Source: Bradymonadia bacterium
GTDB lineage: Bacteria; Myxococcota_A; Bradymonadia; UBA7976; UBA1532
Assembly (NCBI GenBank): GCA_046290225.1
Contig: JBKAGE010000036.1
Coordinates: forward strand, 288,001 to 352,000
Direction of reading: 5' to 3'
Length of the DNA: 64,000 nt
Shown here: one piece after another, positions 10,601 to 19,157 of the stretch
Numbering within the stretch: position 1 is the first letter of the stretch
How the letters are laid out: each line of letters starts with the position of its first letter
Notes under the pieces: generated by a model
The model's database searches: none
What the model was told of the DNA's origin: nothing
What the model saw: only the letters and a program-made list of their open reading frames with translations
Made by a program: the position numbers and the translations under genes

Positions 10601-13600
10601 GGGCGTTGGCATCCGTGGAGGCACGGCCGTCGAGGTTGACGCCGACGAAGTTGCCGTTGAAGAGGCCCGTAACGTAGGGGCCACCGGCATCAGCGGTGGG
10701 CCGCAGGTTGGCGATGTTCACGTTCACCGTGACGGTGTCGTACGCCACCCGGTCGAAGCCATCAGTGACCCGCAGGCGCGCCTCGAGACGATCTCGGGCG
10801 ACGACGGGCTGGAACACGTCGGCGCCGTTGCGCTCGAAGATGCCGTCGCCGTCCATGTCCCAGGCGTACTCCACAATCTCGAAGAGTCCACCATCGGGGC
10901 CGTCGTGGGTGCTGGCGCCGCCATCGAACTCGACGCGCTCGTTACACACGGCCACAGCCTGAGAGGCGCGGGCCACGGCGGTGGGCGGTGCCACGAGCCA
11001 CACCACCGCCTCATCGGTGGCGGTGCGGCCGAAGCGGTCACGCACCTCGAGGGTGATGATGTGGGTGTCGGCCCCCACCATCCCGAAGGTGGCAAGCTGA
11101 GCCGAGGTCAGCAGAGGCGTAGCGCCTATGGCGTCGAAGGTGCCGTCGTTGTTGAGATCCCAACGGTAGGACACGATGGCGTCACCGCAAGCAGCGTTGG
11201 GCTCCACCGAGGCGGTGCCGTCGAGGCGCAGATCGGCGCCCACGGGGATGGCGTACTGGCTGCCAGCGTTTGCTGCCGGTGCGCTGTTGCCCTCGGTGAT
11301 CTCCATGTTGACGGTGGTGCGGCCCACATGGCCGCGGCTGTCTTCGACCTCGAGGCCCACCGAGAGAGGCGGCCCGAAGGTGAACTGCTGGAACCGGTAG
11401 TTCACCGACTCCCCTTCGCCCTCGTCGTACAGACCATCGCCGTTGAAGTCCCAGCGCCACGCCACCACGTTGATCCCCGGATGGGAGTGCGTGGAGTTTG
11501 CAGCGTCGAAGGTCACCTGACCGCCACAGGCTGTGGGGTTCGGGTTGGCAGTGGCGTGGGCCTCGGGATCACGTGGGTGCACCGTGAGCGGCGCATCGCC
11601 TTCGTTGGTCAGCCCCTGCAGATCTTCCACCTCGAGGGTGATCGTGTACTCACCGATGGTGTCGAGGCCCAACTCCGCGAGGCGCTGAGGGGTCACCTCG
11701 GTCACAGCGAGATCGCCACGGCCGTCACCCTCGATGCGGACGACGTCGAAGTTGCCGTCGCCGTCGAGATCCCAGCGGAAGGCCACGATGCGATCGCCGA
11801 CATCGGGATCAAAAGAGTCGGAGCCGTCGAGGGTGATGCCCTCGCCGACGAGGATGTGATAGCCCACCCCACCCTCAGCACCAGGATCCCGTGGATCGGG
11901 ATCGACGGTGGGTGGCGTCGGCGGCACGCTGATGTGTACCTGGGCCCGGTAGATGGGGCTGTTCACCCGGCCCACCGAGTCGGTCACGCGCAGGCCCACG
12001 AAGAGCTCAGGCTCGTCGCCGCGATCAGGCAGCGGGAACAGCACCCGGCTGAAGTTCACCACAGGGCGGTTCTGCGTCTCGAAGACGCCGTCGTCGTCGA
12101 GGTCCCAGTCGTAGCGCGCGATGGTGACCCCAGGCACAGGCGAGTAGCTGTCGCGGGCGTCGAGGGTGGCCTCGATGAGGCCATTGTCCACCCGCACCGG
12201 AGCGGGGTTGGGACGCTGCTCCCAGGTGGCGATGGGCCGGGCGCGGAAGATGCGGATGCCCGCCTCCACCTCGGCAGTGGCACCGAGGCTGTCGGTGACG
12301 CGCAAGGTGATGGTGTTCGTCGGCAGGCCAGTGTCGCGATCAGCGGGCCAGTTCATCTGGCTCAGACGGGCCCAGGGCACCTCGGGCTGCACGCCGGCAA
12401 TGTCAGAAGGTGTGCCGTACGTGCCGTCGCCATCGAGATCCCACTCGTAGAGGACGATGCTGTCACCACAGCGGCCATCGGGATCGCTGGAGCCCGAAGC
12501 GTCGAGCACGAGGGGGTCACCCTCAGCGACGTTGTAGATGGCCTGAGAGGTACGCGCCACGGGGGGCAGGTTGCCCTCGGTGACGTTCACGGTGAAGGGC
12601 ACGTTGTCGGTGCGACCACGATCATCCGTCACCGTGAGGGTGCCGTTGAAGGTGCCAAAGGACGGGTAGGTGTAGGTGAACTGAGGGCTGGCGCCGCCGC
12701 CGTCCACACCAGGGTTGCCGTCCACGTCCCAGGCATAGTTCACGATGTCGCGCTGAGGGTTGGGGTGCACGCTCTGAGAGCCGTCGAAGCGCACTGGCTG
12801 ACGACACGCCGCAGGCTGCGGGTTCACTCGAGCCACGGCCTCAGGCTCGGCAGAGAAGATGGTCAGCGTGGTCTCGTCGGTGTCGACGAGACCCGTGGAG
12901 TCTTCCACGCGGATGGTGATGGGGATCTCCACACCACCAGGCAGGCCATTGAGCTGGATGGCGGGGATGAGCCCCGAGGCAAACGCTGCATCATCGAAGA
13001 TGCCATCGTTGTCGAAGTCCCAGCCCACCGTCAGCACATCGCCACAGCTCTGGTTCGGATCAGAGACCTGACCATCGAGGATCAGCGGATCGCCGTCATC
13101 GAGGAAGTACGGACCACCCGCGACCACACCTGGGGGTGCGTTCGGCGCGCGGTCGACGATGACCCGGGTGACAGAGAGGGCGTCGAAGGGCTCGCCGGCG
13201 CCGAGATCGTTCTCTACGACGCGCAGCGTGACGTTGTAGCTGCCTGCGGCCAGGTATGTGTGCTGAATGCCCTGCTGGCGATCCCCCGAGACATAGTCTG
13301 GGGGTGCACCCGTCTCCCACCAGAGGCCATCACTGTCGTCCACATCCCACTGGAAGAACTCGATGAAGGCGTCGCGGTTGGGGTGGAATGAGTCGCTGTG
13401 GTCGAGCGTCACCACACCAGCACCGCCGCCGGCGCAGCCCTCGATGACCCGTGAAGGCAGAGCCTGGGCGATGGCGATGGGCTTCGGGCGGAAGATGGTC
13501 GGCGTGAGCACGAGAGAGCCCCACGCCGTACTCATCATGCCTGCGGAGTAACGACACACGATGGAAGCGTGAGGGATGTTCTCGCAGCGATCGTTGATGC

Positions 13601-15431
13601 TGCCGAAGTCGGCGTAGTTGTCGAGGTAACGACTCTGAGCCCGCAGGTAGTAGGTGCTGAACTCACGGACCCAATCATGGCCGCCAACATCGAGGAGCTC
13701 CGGCTGCCCGGTGCGGTAGGCCTTCTGGTGGGAGTACAGCGCGTAGGAGTTACCGCAAGGCGTCACATTGTAGACCCCTATGGGGGTACCACACAGATAG
13801 TCGCCGTCTTCGAAGAGGCGGGACATGTTCCCCGCGGTCCCCATCATCTCGCCGCCGCCAAAGCCATTGTCGGCGCGCTCCCAGTTTCGAGCGGTGAAGG
13901 CCAAGTAGTTGTCGTAGGAGGTCTTCAGCTCCATACCGAGGTAGTCGGCATAGCCCATGAAGGGGATCATGGGATCAGCAGGATCGATGTTGTGCACACC
14001 GAGCCAGCGCATACCGATGAGGGCGCCACCGGTCAGCTGGAAATCCCCCCACTCGATGGGCGTGCTCTGGGTGCGGTACTTCGCCGAGCCATTGGGGGCC
14101 TGGTTGTCGAGGAGGTGGATGGCCGTACGGTACTTGTGACGGTTGTTGACGATGACCCCATAGGGGGTGCCTGCCACAGCAGCACTCTCAAGACCGATGA
14201 AGGCCCACTGCGCTGCAGAAGAGTCACCGTTACTGCACGTGGAATCACCAATGACTGGCCGGTAGAAGTGGCTGCCGGTGGCGCACCCGCTGTCGTGCTG
14301 AGCGTAGCCGAGGAAGTCCACCATCTCCTGAACCACCCAATCCCAAGTCTCACCGACAGCTTCGGGATAGAACCTGGCGGTCTGGACCGGGATGCCCCTG
14401 AGGGCAGGCAACAGCGTGGCGATGGCACCGAGGGAGAGCCCGGTGAGGTAGACGTCCTGGCGGTAGTCATGCTGGAAGTAGAGGCCCAGCTCGTTGGTCG
14501 TGCCTTCGATGCGCGGGCAGAACTCCTCGATGCCTGCTTCCCCGAGGCCACAGGTCGTGCCTTCGTCCACAGCGGAGACAGGGACGTCCACAAGGACCCA
14601 CCGGGTGTAGTTGAGGCCACGGAGCATCGTCTCTGCGTAGGGATCGTTTTCCCAGCGAGCGGCGTTCTGCTCAGCCCAGCCCTCGGGCATCTCGCGACCG
14701 TACATGTTGACGACCGGATCACCGTTCTCGTCGAGCGGGAAGGCAGGCAAGTGTCCGTTGACGCTCATGGCCCACATCATCGAGATGTTGTTGGCGATGC
14801 GGTAGCCCGGGCCATAGCGCGGGTGAGGCGCGTAGCCTTCGATGGTGGAGCCGGTGCCGCCGTAGTTGCCCATCTGGCGGTGCTGCCACCACAAGGCCTC
14901 ACGGACGGCGATGCTGCTCATCACCTCGATCTGGTCAGAGGTCCAGCGGGTGGGATCAGAGGAGGGCGTCCAGTCATAGACGTACAGACGATACGTACCG
15001 AAGGCGCGATCGTTGACGTCGCATTTGCTGACGACGCGTACGTTGAGGGTGAGGTTCTTCCCACGATCGACCTCGGGGACCTCGTAGATCTTCCCGATGT
15101 CGTAGACCGTGTTGGTGGTGCCTCGAGGAAAAGCATTGAACGACGGATCGTCGTCGTAGTTGCCGTTCCGGTTCACATCCCACGAGATGGTGTACCCCGT
15201 GCCGCAGGGCGCATCTCGAATGATGCCCTTGAGGGTGATGCGCGCACGCTCGTGCACAGGGTGCGGCAGGTCGAGGTTGTTCGGTGCATAGGGCACGGTG
15301 ATCACCGTCGGAGGGGCCGCGGCGGCTTGCCCGGCAATCAACACCCCACCCAGCAGGCTGAGCAGGGCCATTGGCCCTCGGAGGTTGGCCAGGCGCCAGG
15401 GGCTCTTCTTCGTGAGCGGCGTCAAAGACAT
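7611..15431 (-). CDS. Giant secreted PKD-repeat protein (~2600 aa)
   Basis: GGAGG RBS 6 nt before the ATG at 15431; signal peptide ending AAA-A; about 13 WD(x)D(x)DG / WDFGDG PKD-type modules; helical N- and C-terminal regions. Confidence 0.85.
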   Translation of the reverse strand: MSLTPLTKKSPWRLANLRGPMALLSLLGGVLIAGQAAAAPPTVITVPYAPNNLDLPHPVHERARITLKGIIRDAPCGTGYTISWDVNRNGNYDDDPSFNAFPRGTTNTVYDIGKIYEVPEVDRGKNLTLNVRVVSKCDVNDRAFGTYRLYVYDWTPSSDPTRWTSDQIEVMSSIAVREALWWQHRQMGNYGGTGSTIEGYAPHPRYGPGYRIANNISMMWAMSVNGHLPAFPLDENGDPVVNMYGREMPEGWAEQNAARWENDPYAETMLRGLNYTRWVLVDVPVSAVDEGTTCGLGEAGIEEFCPRIEGTTNELGLYFQHDYRQDVYLTGLSLGAIATLLPALRGIPVQTARFYPEAVGETWDWVVQEMVDFLGYAQHDSGCATGSHFYRPVIGDSTCSNGDSSAAQWAFIGLESAAVAGTPYGVIVNNRHKYRTAIHLLDNQAPNGSAKYRTQSTPIEWGDFQLTGGALIGMRWLGVHNIDPADPMIPFMGYADYLGMELKTSYDNYLAFTARNWERADNGFGGGEMMGTAGNMSRLFEDGDYLCGTPIGVYNVTPCGNSYALYSHQKAYRTGQPELLDVGGHDWVREFSTYYLRAQSRYLDNYADFGSINDRCENIPHASIVCRYSAGMMSTAWGSLVLTPTIFRPKPIAIAQALPSRVIEGCAGGGAGVVTLDHSDSFHPNRDAFIEFFQWDVDDSDGLWWETGAPPDYVSGDRQQGIQHTYLAAGSYNVTLRVVENDLGAGEPFDALSVTRVIVDRAPNAPPGVVAGGPYFLDDGDPLILDGQVSDPNQSCGDVLTVGWDFDNDGIFDDAAFASGLIPAIQLNGLPGGVEIPITIRVEDSTGLVDTDETTLTIFSAEPEAVARVNPQPAACRQPVRFDGSQSVHPNPQRDIVNYAWDVDGNPGVDGGGASPQFTYTYPSFGTFNGTLTVTDDRGRTDNVPFTVNVTEGNLPPVARTSQAIYNVAEGDPLVLDASGSSDPDGRCGDSIVLYEWDLDGDGTYGTPSDIAGVQPEVPWARLSQMNWPADRDTGLPTNTITLRVTDSLGATAEVEAGIRIFRARPIATWEQRPNPAPVRVDNGLIEATLDARDSYSPVPGVTIARYDWDLDDDGVFETQNRPVVNFSRVLFPLPDRGDEPELFVGLRVTDSVGRVNSPIYRAQVHISVPPTPPTVDPDPRDPGAEGGVGYHILVGEGITLDGSDSFDPDVGDRIVAFRWDLDGDGNFDVVRIEGDGRGDLAVTEVTPQRLAELGLDTIGEYTITLEVEDLQGLTNEGDAPLTVHPRDPEAHATANPNPTACGGQVTFDAANSTHSHPGINVVAWRWDFNGDGLYDEGEGESVNYRFQQFTFGPPLSVGLEVEDSRGHVGRTTVNMEITEGNSAPAANAGSQYAIPVGADLRLDGTASVEPNAACGDAIVSYRWDLNNDGTFDAIGATPLLTSAQLATFGMVGADTHIITLEVRDRFGRTATDEAVVWLVAPPTAVARASQAVAVCNERVEFDGGASTHDGPDGGLFEIVEYAWDMDGDGIFERNGADVFQPVVARDRLEARLRVTDGFDRVAYDTVTVNVNIANLRPTADAGGPYVTGLFNGNFVGVNLDGRASTDANAPCDAIQDYWWDTDGDGLYGSEDVDGAGSLVGTDYIGDVVRDYINPTWEVGTTQVVGLKARDAFGEWSEVVETEIRVRSKIPPTGEIITPRADDCVTEDLANVEFVLRQPGGGAVVVTAFIGDTQVGGPINLNLPQPGDDVQGTLPIDISGLDDGLSGLRLVVLDDEEEEHTIGSGGNVIFDREGPEVQLNALLVEGACYDANEIPDAQVNAIDDIDPAPQLQSEEVADACGRTMTVTAVDACGNETVVTRSYLVAELVDVTIAGAEENAVVSNARLNWDLIGPAQCSTGVVSTLSRNGGPAAPYAENTLIQAEGRYALNLAVSDCQGRDNNVVRNFTVNAPPVADPGGPYLGLEGEEITLNGGNSSAPEEEDFIASIEWDMDNDGVYELLGEVVSFTPMDNGMITGTMRVTDGQGATTTTNVDVLVNDISPVAVPGGPYETSQGLPVEFDATGSFSTNPQADPLTAVEWDFGDGETVSGGLELLQVSHRYLQQRNYNVLLTVSDEDNSTTVVVPVAIIDVGPVIAGVEAPVDAFEIREWPFEVEAFQGSPDDPILEYRWDWGDGSPIDSGPELIATSHAWRDAGTYTVTVQIRDIDSVVDHTFDVVVRPMTLLESMLYVQEVLEAVDQGPVINALLVDAVAWLNKGIWAEQNDLRGNTFESLSRVMGLMVGAQGVGADLGDSLWVLSRALLRSVEAMQSEILDPANGGAPLAADDHPSMLRAGDFIASSREIFDDPDFMPNVRGGLLAFQASDLFRATYEAYFYLRDAIDPCKAPEYNGFAMPDIEDLLDRAIESNPVNNQLGQAMSRLASEIQSYIDLGNSAPGRAQAIDALGQLRDIQRLLSNRIDIGECADAACLSDRDALSLLLNLMDLANSMVEAYNDGTYVRTWQACMIEAVKFRTELSEMRMQYVCGLNNPYVQEVSVARTAGMELVNDGNVIGALDYFRSRDIRCLAIRGYNKCLVPRYPAVNQEYERPEFCPDDDLDPENPNPGGSD

Positions 15432-15858
15432 CTTCATCCTCCGCACTGTGTGTTCCCTCTCTCCTGAGCAGTCAGTGAAGGCAACTTCATACACAAACAT
15501 ACATCATCTGACACTGTTTTCAGATGGGTCGATTCACACCCATCCACAGATGCAGACTCAAAGGCCCCACCCTTCGAGCCGTAGACGCGGTGGGGGTTTT
15601 CACCCGCTGCCGCCTCTCCAGTCAGTTGTATGTGTGTCAAGGGCCTACACCCAACGTCTCAGTTCACAGACCATCCAACGCACTCGTCTCCCGGGGGCAT
15701 GGGACCACGGCCCCGGGGTCGGACGCAACATCGCCACCGTAGGTGTTTACGTACAAGGTGTGCTCGTAGTTACACCTACAGCGATCATCCCTCATGATAG
15801 CCGGGGACGAGGTGTAATCAATGGTATGTCACTGAAGGAAAGGAAGCTGGGAGGGCAG

Positions 15859-16782
15859 TTACTGAAGATCTTTACGGATATCAGGCAGCAGTTTTAAGAG
15901 CGCCAGGGTGATCTCCTGGGCTTCCTTGCTGTGCTTGGCCTTCCATTCCGGGCTGATGAACAGCACGGCGTCGACAGAGGTCGTGTCCAAATCGTCATCG
16001 AGCAGGTTGTCGTATACGTCTTCGTCCACCTCGGACTTCGCGTACACCGCGCGCCGCTCACGGCCCACCTTGCGGCTGAGCTGCTTGTCGCGCAGTCGCA
16101 CCAGCTTGAGCTGATCGCCGAACTGGGCATCTGCAGTCTTGAGCACCTTGGGGCGGGCGCCAGAGACCATGACCATGCATTGTGCCTGCACTCCGTCGAC
16201 CACCTTAAGCAATGCCTCTTCGTTGGAGGCCTCGGCATAGGGCAGTCGGGCGTAGAACGGGTTGAGGCGGGTGAACAACTTCCAGGTGATGTAGGTGCCC
16301 GAGCCGAAGGGCATGATCAAGATACGGTGCTTGCTCGACCGCAGCTGTCGCACGTCGTCGATGCCGGCCTTGCGGTTGCACAGCAGATGAATCGACTCCG
16401 GGTACAGCGTGGTGATGCGCTCCATGGTGAGCGTGCTGTCGGGCTTCTCGAACTGATAGAGGGTGTACGCGTCGTCCTGGGCGATGATGGCGTCGCACCG
16501 TCGAGGCTGAGCGTCGATGCCCTCGAGGTTGTCCCAGCTGCCCTTGGTCTCCACGACCTCGACGGCGACCTTGCCCTCGAGGGCCTTGGCGATGGCCATG
16601 CCCGCACGGTGATAGCTGTTGCCATGGGTACCCGTGCACAACTTCAAGGTGCCGGGCCCCTTCTTCTCAGGGGTATCGGCCTTGGCGGCAGGCTGGTTCT
16701 GCGGCTGACTCTGGGGTTGCCCCTGCGCACTGACAGAGTGGAGGGGGCCAAACGCCAGGAGAGCGATGATGATGATCCTCAT
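15859..16782 (-). CDS. TAXI-family solute-binding protein
   Basis: Signal peptide; TG...Y..G, ETKGSWDNL, IIAQDD, LYPESIHLL and GSGT motifs. Confidence 0.8.
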   Translation of the reverse strand: MRIIIIALLAFGPLHSVSAQGQPQSQPQNQPAAKADTPEKKGPGTLKLCTGTHGNSYHRAGMAIAKALEGKVAVEVVETKGSWDNLEGIDAQPRRCDAIIAQDDAYTLYQFEKPDSTLTMERITTLYPESIHLLCNRKAGIDDVRQLRSSKHRILIMPFGSGTYITWKLFTRLNPFYARLPYAEASNEEALLKVVDGVQAQCMVMVSGARPKVLKTADAQFGDQLKLVRLRDKQLSRKVGRERRAVYAKSEVDEDVYDNLLDDDLDTTSVDAVLFISPEWKAKHSKEAQEITLALLKLLPDIRKDLQ

Positions 16783-16860
16783 GGTGAGGCTGCCCTTTTC
16801 TTCAGGTTCATGGGCGCGAGGCCCGGTACACAGACCGGTGTGACCGACGTGGGGGCCGGC

Positions 16861-18219
16861 TCATTCACCTCGCCCTTGTTGTCGCCACCACGGCACCAGA
16901 GCAGAGATGAGGCCGGGGACTGTATAGATTTGCGCCGTGAGCGCAACCTCGAGCCCAACCTCTCGAGCGGTCTTTTCAGTGATCGGTCCGATGCACGCGG
17001 CGCACACGCGCTTGGAGATGGTGGACCACTGTGCCGCGTCGAACAAGCCCCGAAAATGAGTGGCCGTGGAGGAGGCGGTGAGCGTAATCACGTCGACCTC
17101 CCCAGCATTGAGGGCCTGTACGACGCTCTGCTCAGGTGTACCCGGTACGGTTCGGTACACAGGCACGACATCGACAATGGCGCCCCGAGCTCGGAGCGTC
17201 TCCGGCAAGATCTCCCGGGCCACTTCTGCCCTGGGGATCAAAATGGACGCCCCGTCGAGTGCGTGGGCTTCGAAGGCTTCGATGAGGCCCTCAGCCACAT
17301 ATCGCTCGGGGAGGAGATCGGCTCGCAGGTTCCAACGCTTCAGCGCCCTTGCCGTGGCAGGGCCGATGCACGCGATCCGGCACGAAGCCAGGGCCCGGGC
17401 GTCGGCCACTGACGACAGGATCTCGAAGAACCGATCCACACCGTTGACGCTGGTGAAGACCACCCAGTCTCTCTCGGAGAGCCCCTCGATGGCGCTCAGG
17501 ACATCTTCAGGTGACGGAGGTGGCTCGATGGCGATGACCGGGCACAGGATCGCCTCGGCGCCCAGCGCCTCAAGCGCCTCGATCATGTCGCCTGCTTGCG
17601 CCCTGGCTCGGGTCACGGCCACGCGCAAGCCGTGCAATGGCCTGTCCTCGAACCATGTCGAACGCCGAGAATCTGCACCTGCAACCTGAAGTGTCCCCTC
17701 CCCCAGGCCCACCATACGTTGTCGTGGGTGGCCAGGCTCGGCCACTGACCAGCTCTGTGAGCCACAGGTCCCTTCCACTCGGGTGAGATCTCCAAGCTCG
17801 ACTCGAAATGCGCTGCCCAGACTCACCCCGGCACGTGCGAGGGCGGTCAAGGTGACCGAAGGGGCAGTGAGCACAGTATGAGGGACTTCGAGTGCCGAGA
17901 GAGCGAGGGCGATCTCCGAAGCTCGGGACTCCACCCAGCCATCTCCAAAGCACAGACACACGACATCTTGGCCACCTTCGAGGAGACCCTTGATCACCTC
18001 TGCGGTGTCTTCGGGCTCGGACGGGCTGATGTGCCACTGGACGGTGGGTGGGGCGAGGGCCGAGATCATGGCAGTGAGGGCTTCGGGGCATACGACGTGC
18101 CCCGAGGTCATCTGTGAGATCAGCGCTCGAAGGCGTGCGCCGAGACAGGCCAGCTCACCTGTCCCCGCACCCGCGAGGTAGACCCTCGGAGCGAAGGGCC
18201 CGACCCGACGCTCACTCAA
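16861..18219 (-). CDS. hemD: Uroporphyrinogen-III synthase with degenerate N-terminal CobA-like domain
   Basis: PLHGLRVAVTRARAQA, FTSVNGV, IGPATA, VPVYRT, TASST and IGPIT; directly follows hemC. Confidence 0.85.
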   Translation of the reverse strand: MSERRVGPFAPRVYLAGAGTGELACLGARLRALISQMTSGHVVCPEALTAMISALAPPTVQWHISPSEPEDTAEVIKGLLEGGQDVVCLCFGDGWVESRASEIALALSALEVPHTVLTAPSVTLTALARAGVSLGSAFRVELGDLTRVEGTCGSQSWSVAEPGHPRQRMVGLGEGTLQVAGADSRRSTWFEDRPLHGLRVAVTRARAQAGDMIEALEALGAEAILCPVIAIEPPPSPEDVLSAIEGLSERDWVVFTSVNGVDRFFEILSSVADARALASCRIACIGPATARALKRWNLRADLLPERYVAEGLIEAFEAHALDGASILIPRAEVAREILPETLRARGAIVDVVPVYRTVPGTPEQSVVQALNAGEVDVITLTASSTATHFRGLFDAAQWSTISKRVCAACIGPITEKTAREVGLEVALTAQIYTVPGLISALVPWWRQQGRGE

Positions 18220-19157
18220 TGATCTGTGGCCTTGAGGGCTTGGAGGATCCCACGACCGCCGGCATCGAGGAGAGCCTGAGCCACGGTGGCACCCAAGGCC
18301 TCGGGGTCGGTGCCCATGTCGGTGTGCACCACCATCTCGCTGCCATCCGGGGCGCCAACGAAGGCTTTGAGCCGGATGTTGCCCCTGTCGACGGTGGCAT
18401 AGGCCCCCACAGGAATACGGCAGTCACCTTCCACTGCGGCGAGGAAGGTCCGCTCTGCGGTGACACAGGTGGCCGTGTCGGCGTGGTGGATCGCTGACAG
18501 CATGCCCAGAATCTGCGCGTCGCCCGCCCGGGCCTCCACCGCGAGGGCGCCCTGGGCCACGGCGGGGATCCAGTGCTCGGGGTTGAGCGGCATGAACTCC
18601 ACGTCTTCGCGCTCGGTGAATTCCAGCCGCAGCATGCCCGCCATGGCCAGGATCACAGTGTCGACCCGCCTCGGAGGCGGATCGATGAGCCGATTCACTC
18701 GGGTGTTGACGTTCCCACGGATCGGCACGATCTCGGACTCGGGCCAACGACGCCGCGCCATGCAGGCGCGGCGCAGGCTGGAGGTACCCACGAGCGGGGG
18801 CGCCTCGGGGCTCTCCCCGATGCGGGTGATCAAGACATCGCGGACGTCGCCACGGACAGGGATCGCCCCCAGCGTGAGGCCCTCGGGCAACTTGGTGGGC
18901 ATGTCCTTGAGGCTGTGCACGGCGATGTCGATCTCACCGGCGATCATGGCCTCCTCAAGCTCGTGGGTGAACAGGCCCTTACCGCCGAGCTCCGAGAGGG
19001 GCTGACCGAGGAAGCGATCCCCTCGGGTCTTGAAGATGGTGCGCTCCACCTGCAAGCCAGGGTGGGCGGCCTTGAGCCGATCGGCGACATAGTCTGCTTG
19101 CCACAGGGCCAGGTCAGAGCCTCGGGTCCCAATGCGAATCACGGGATCGGCGCTCAT
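18216..19157 (-). CDS. hemC: Hydroxymethylbilane synthase (porphobilinogen deaminase)
   Basis: IGTRGSDLALWQA, GKGLFTHELE, AVHSLKDMP, GTSSLRR and GDCRIP. Confidence 0.97.
   Translation of the reverse strand: MSADPVIRIGTRGSDLALWQADYVADRLKAAHPGLQVERTIFKTRGDRFLGQPLSELGGKGLFTHELEEAMIAGEIDIAVHSLKDMPTKLPEGLTLGAIPVRGDVRDVLITRIGESPEAPPLVGTSSLRRACMARRRWPESEIVPIRGNVNTRVNRLIDPPPRRVDTVILAMAGMLRLEFTEREDVEFMPLNPEHWIPAVAQGALAVEARAGDAQILGMLSAIHHADTATCVTAERTFLAAVEGDCRIPVGAYATVDRGNIRLKAFVGAPDGSEMVVHTDMGTDPEALGATVAQALLDAGGRGILQALKATDH

Noticed and set aside
9138..13391. 1417-aa plus-strand ORF (and 13569-15467)
   Set aside because: Antisense shadow of the PKD gene. High-GC codon bias removes stops, and the product has no motifs.
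15432..15858. Known riboswitch (e.g. c-di-GMP-I) or tRNA
   Set aside because: Consensus elements were not recognised; kept only as an unclassified structured leader.
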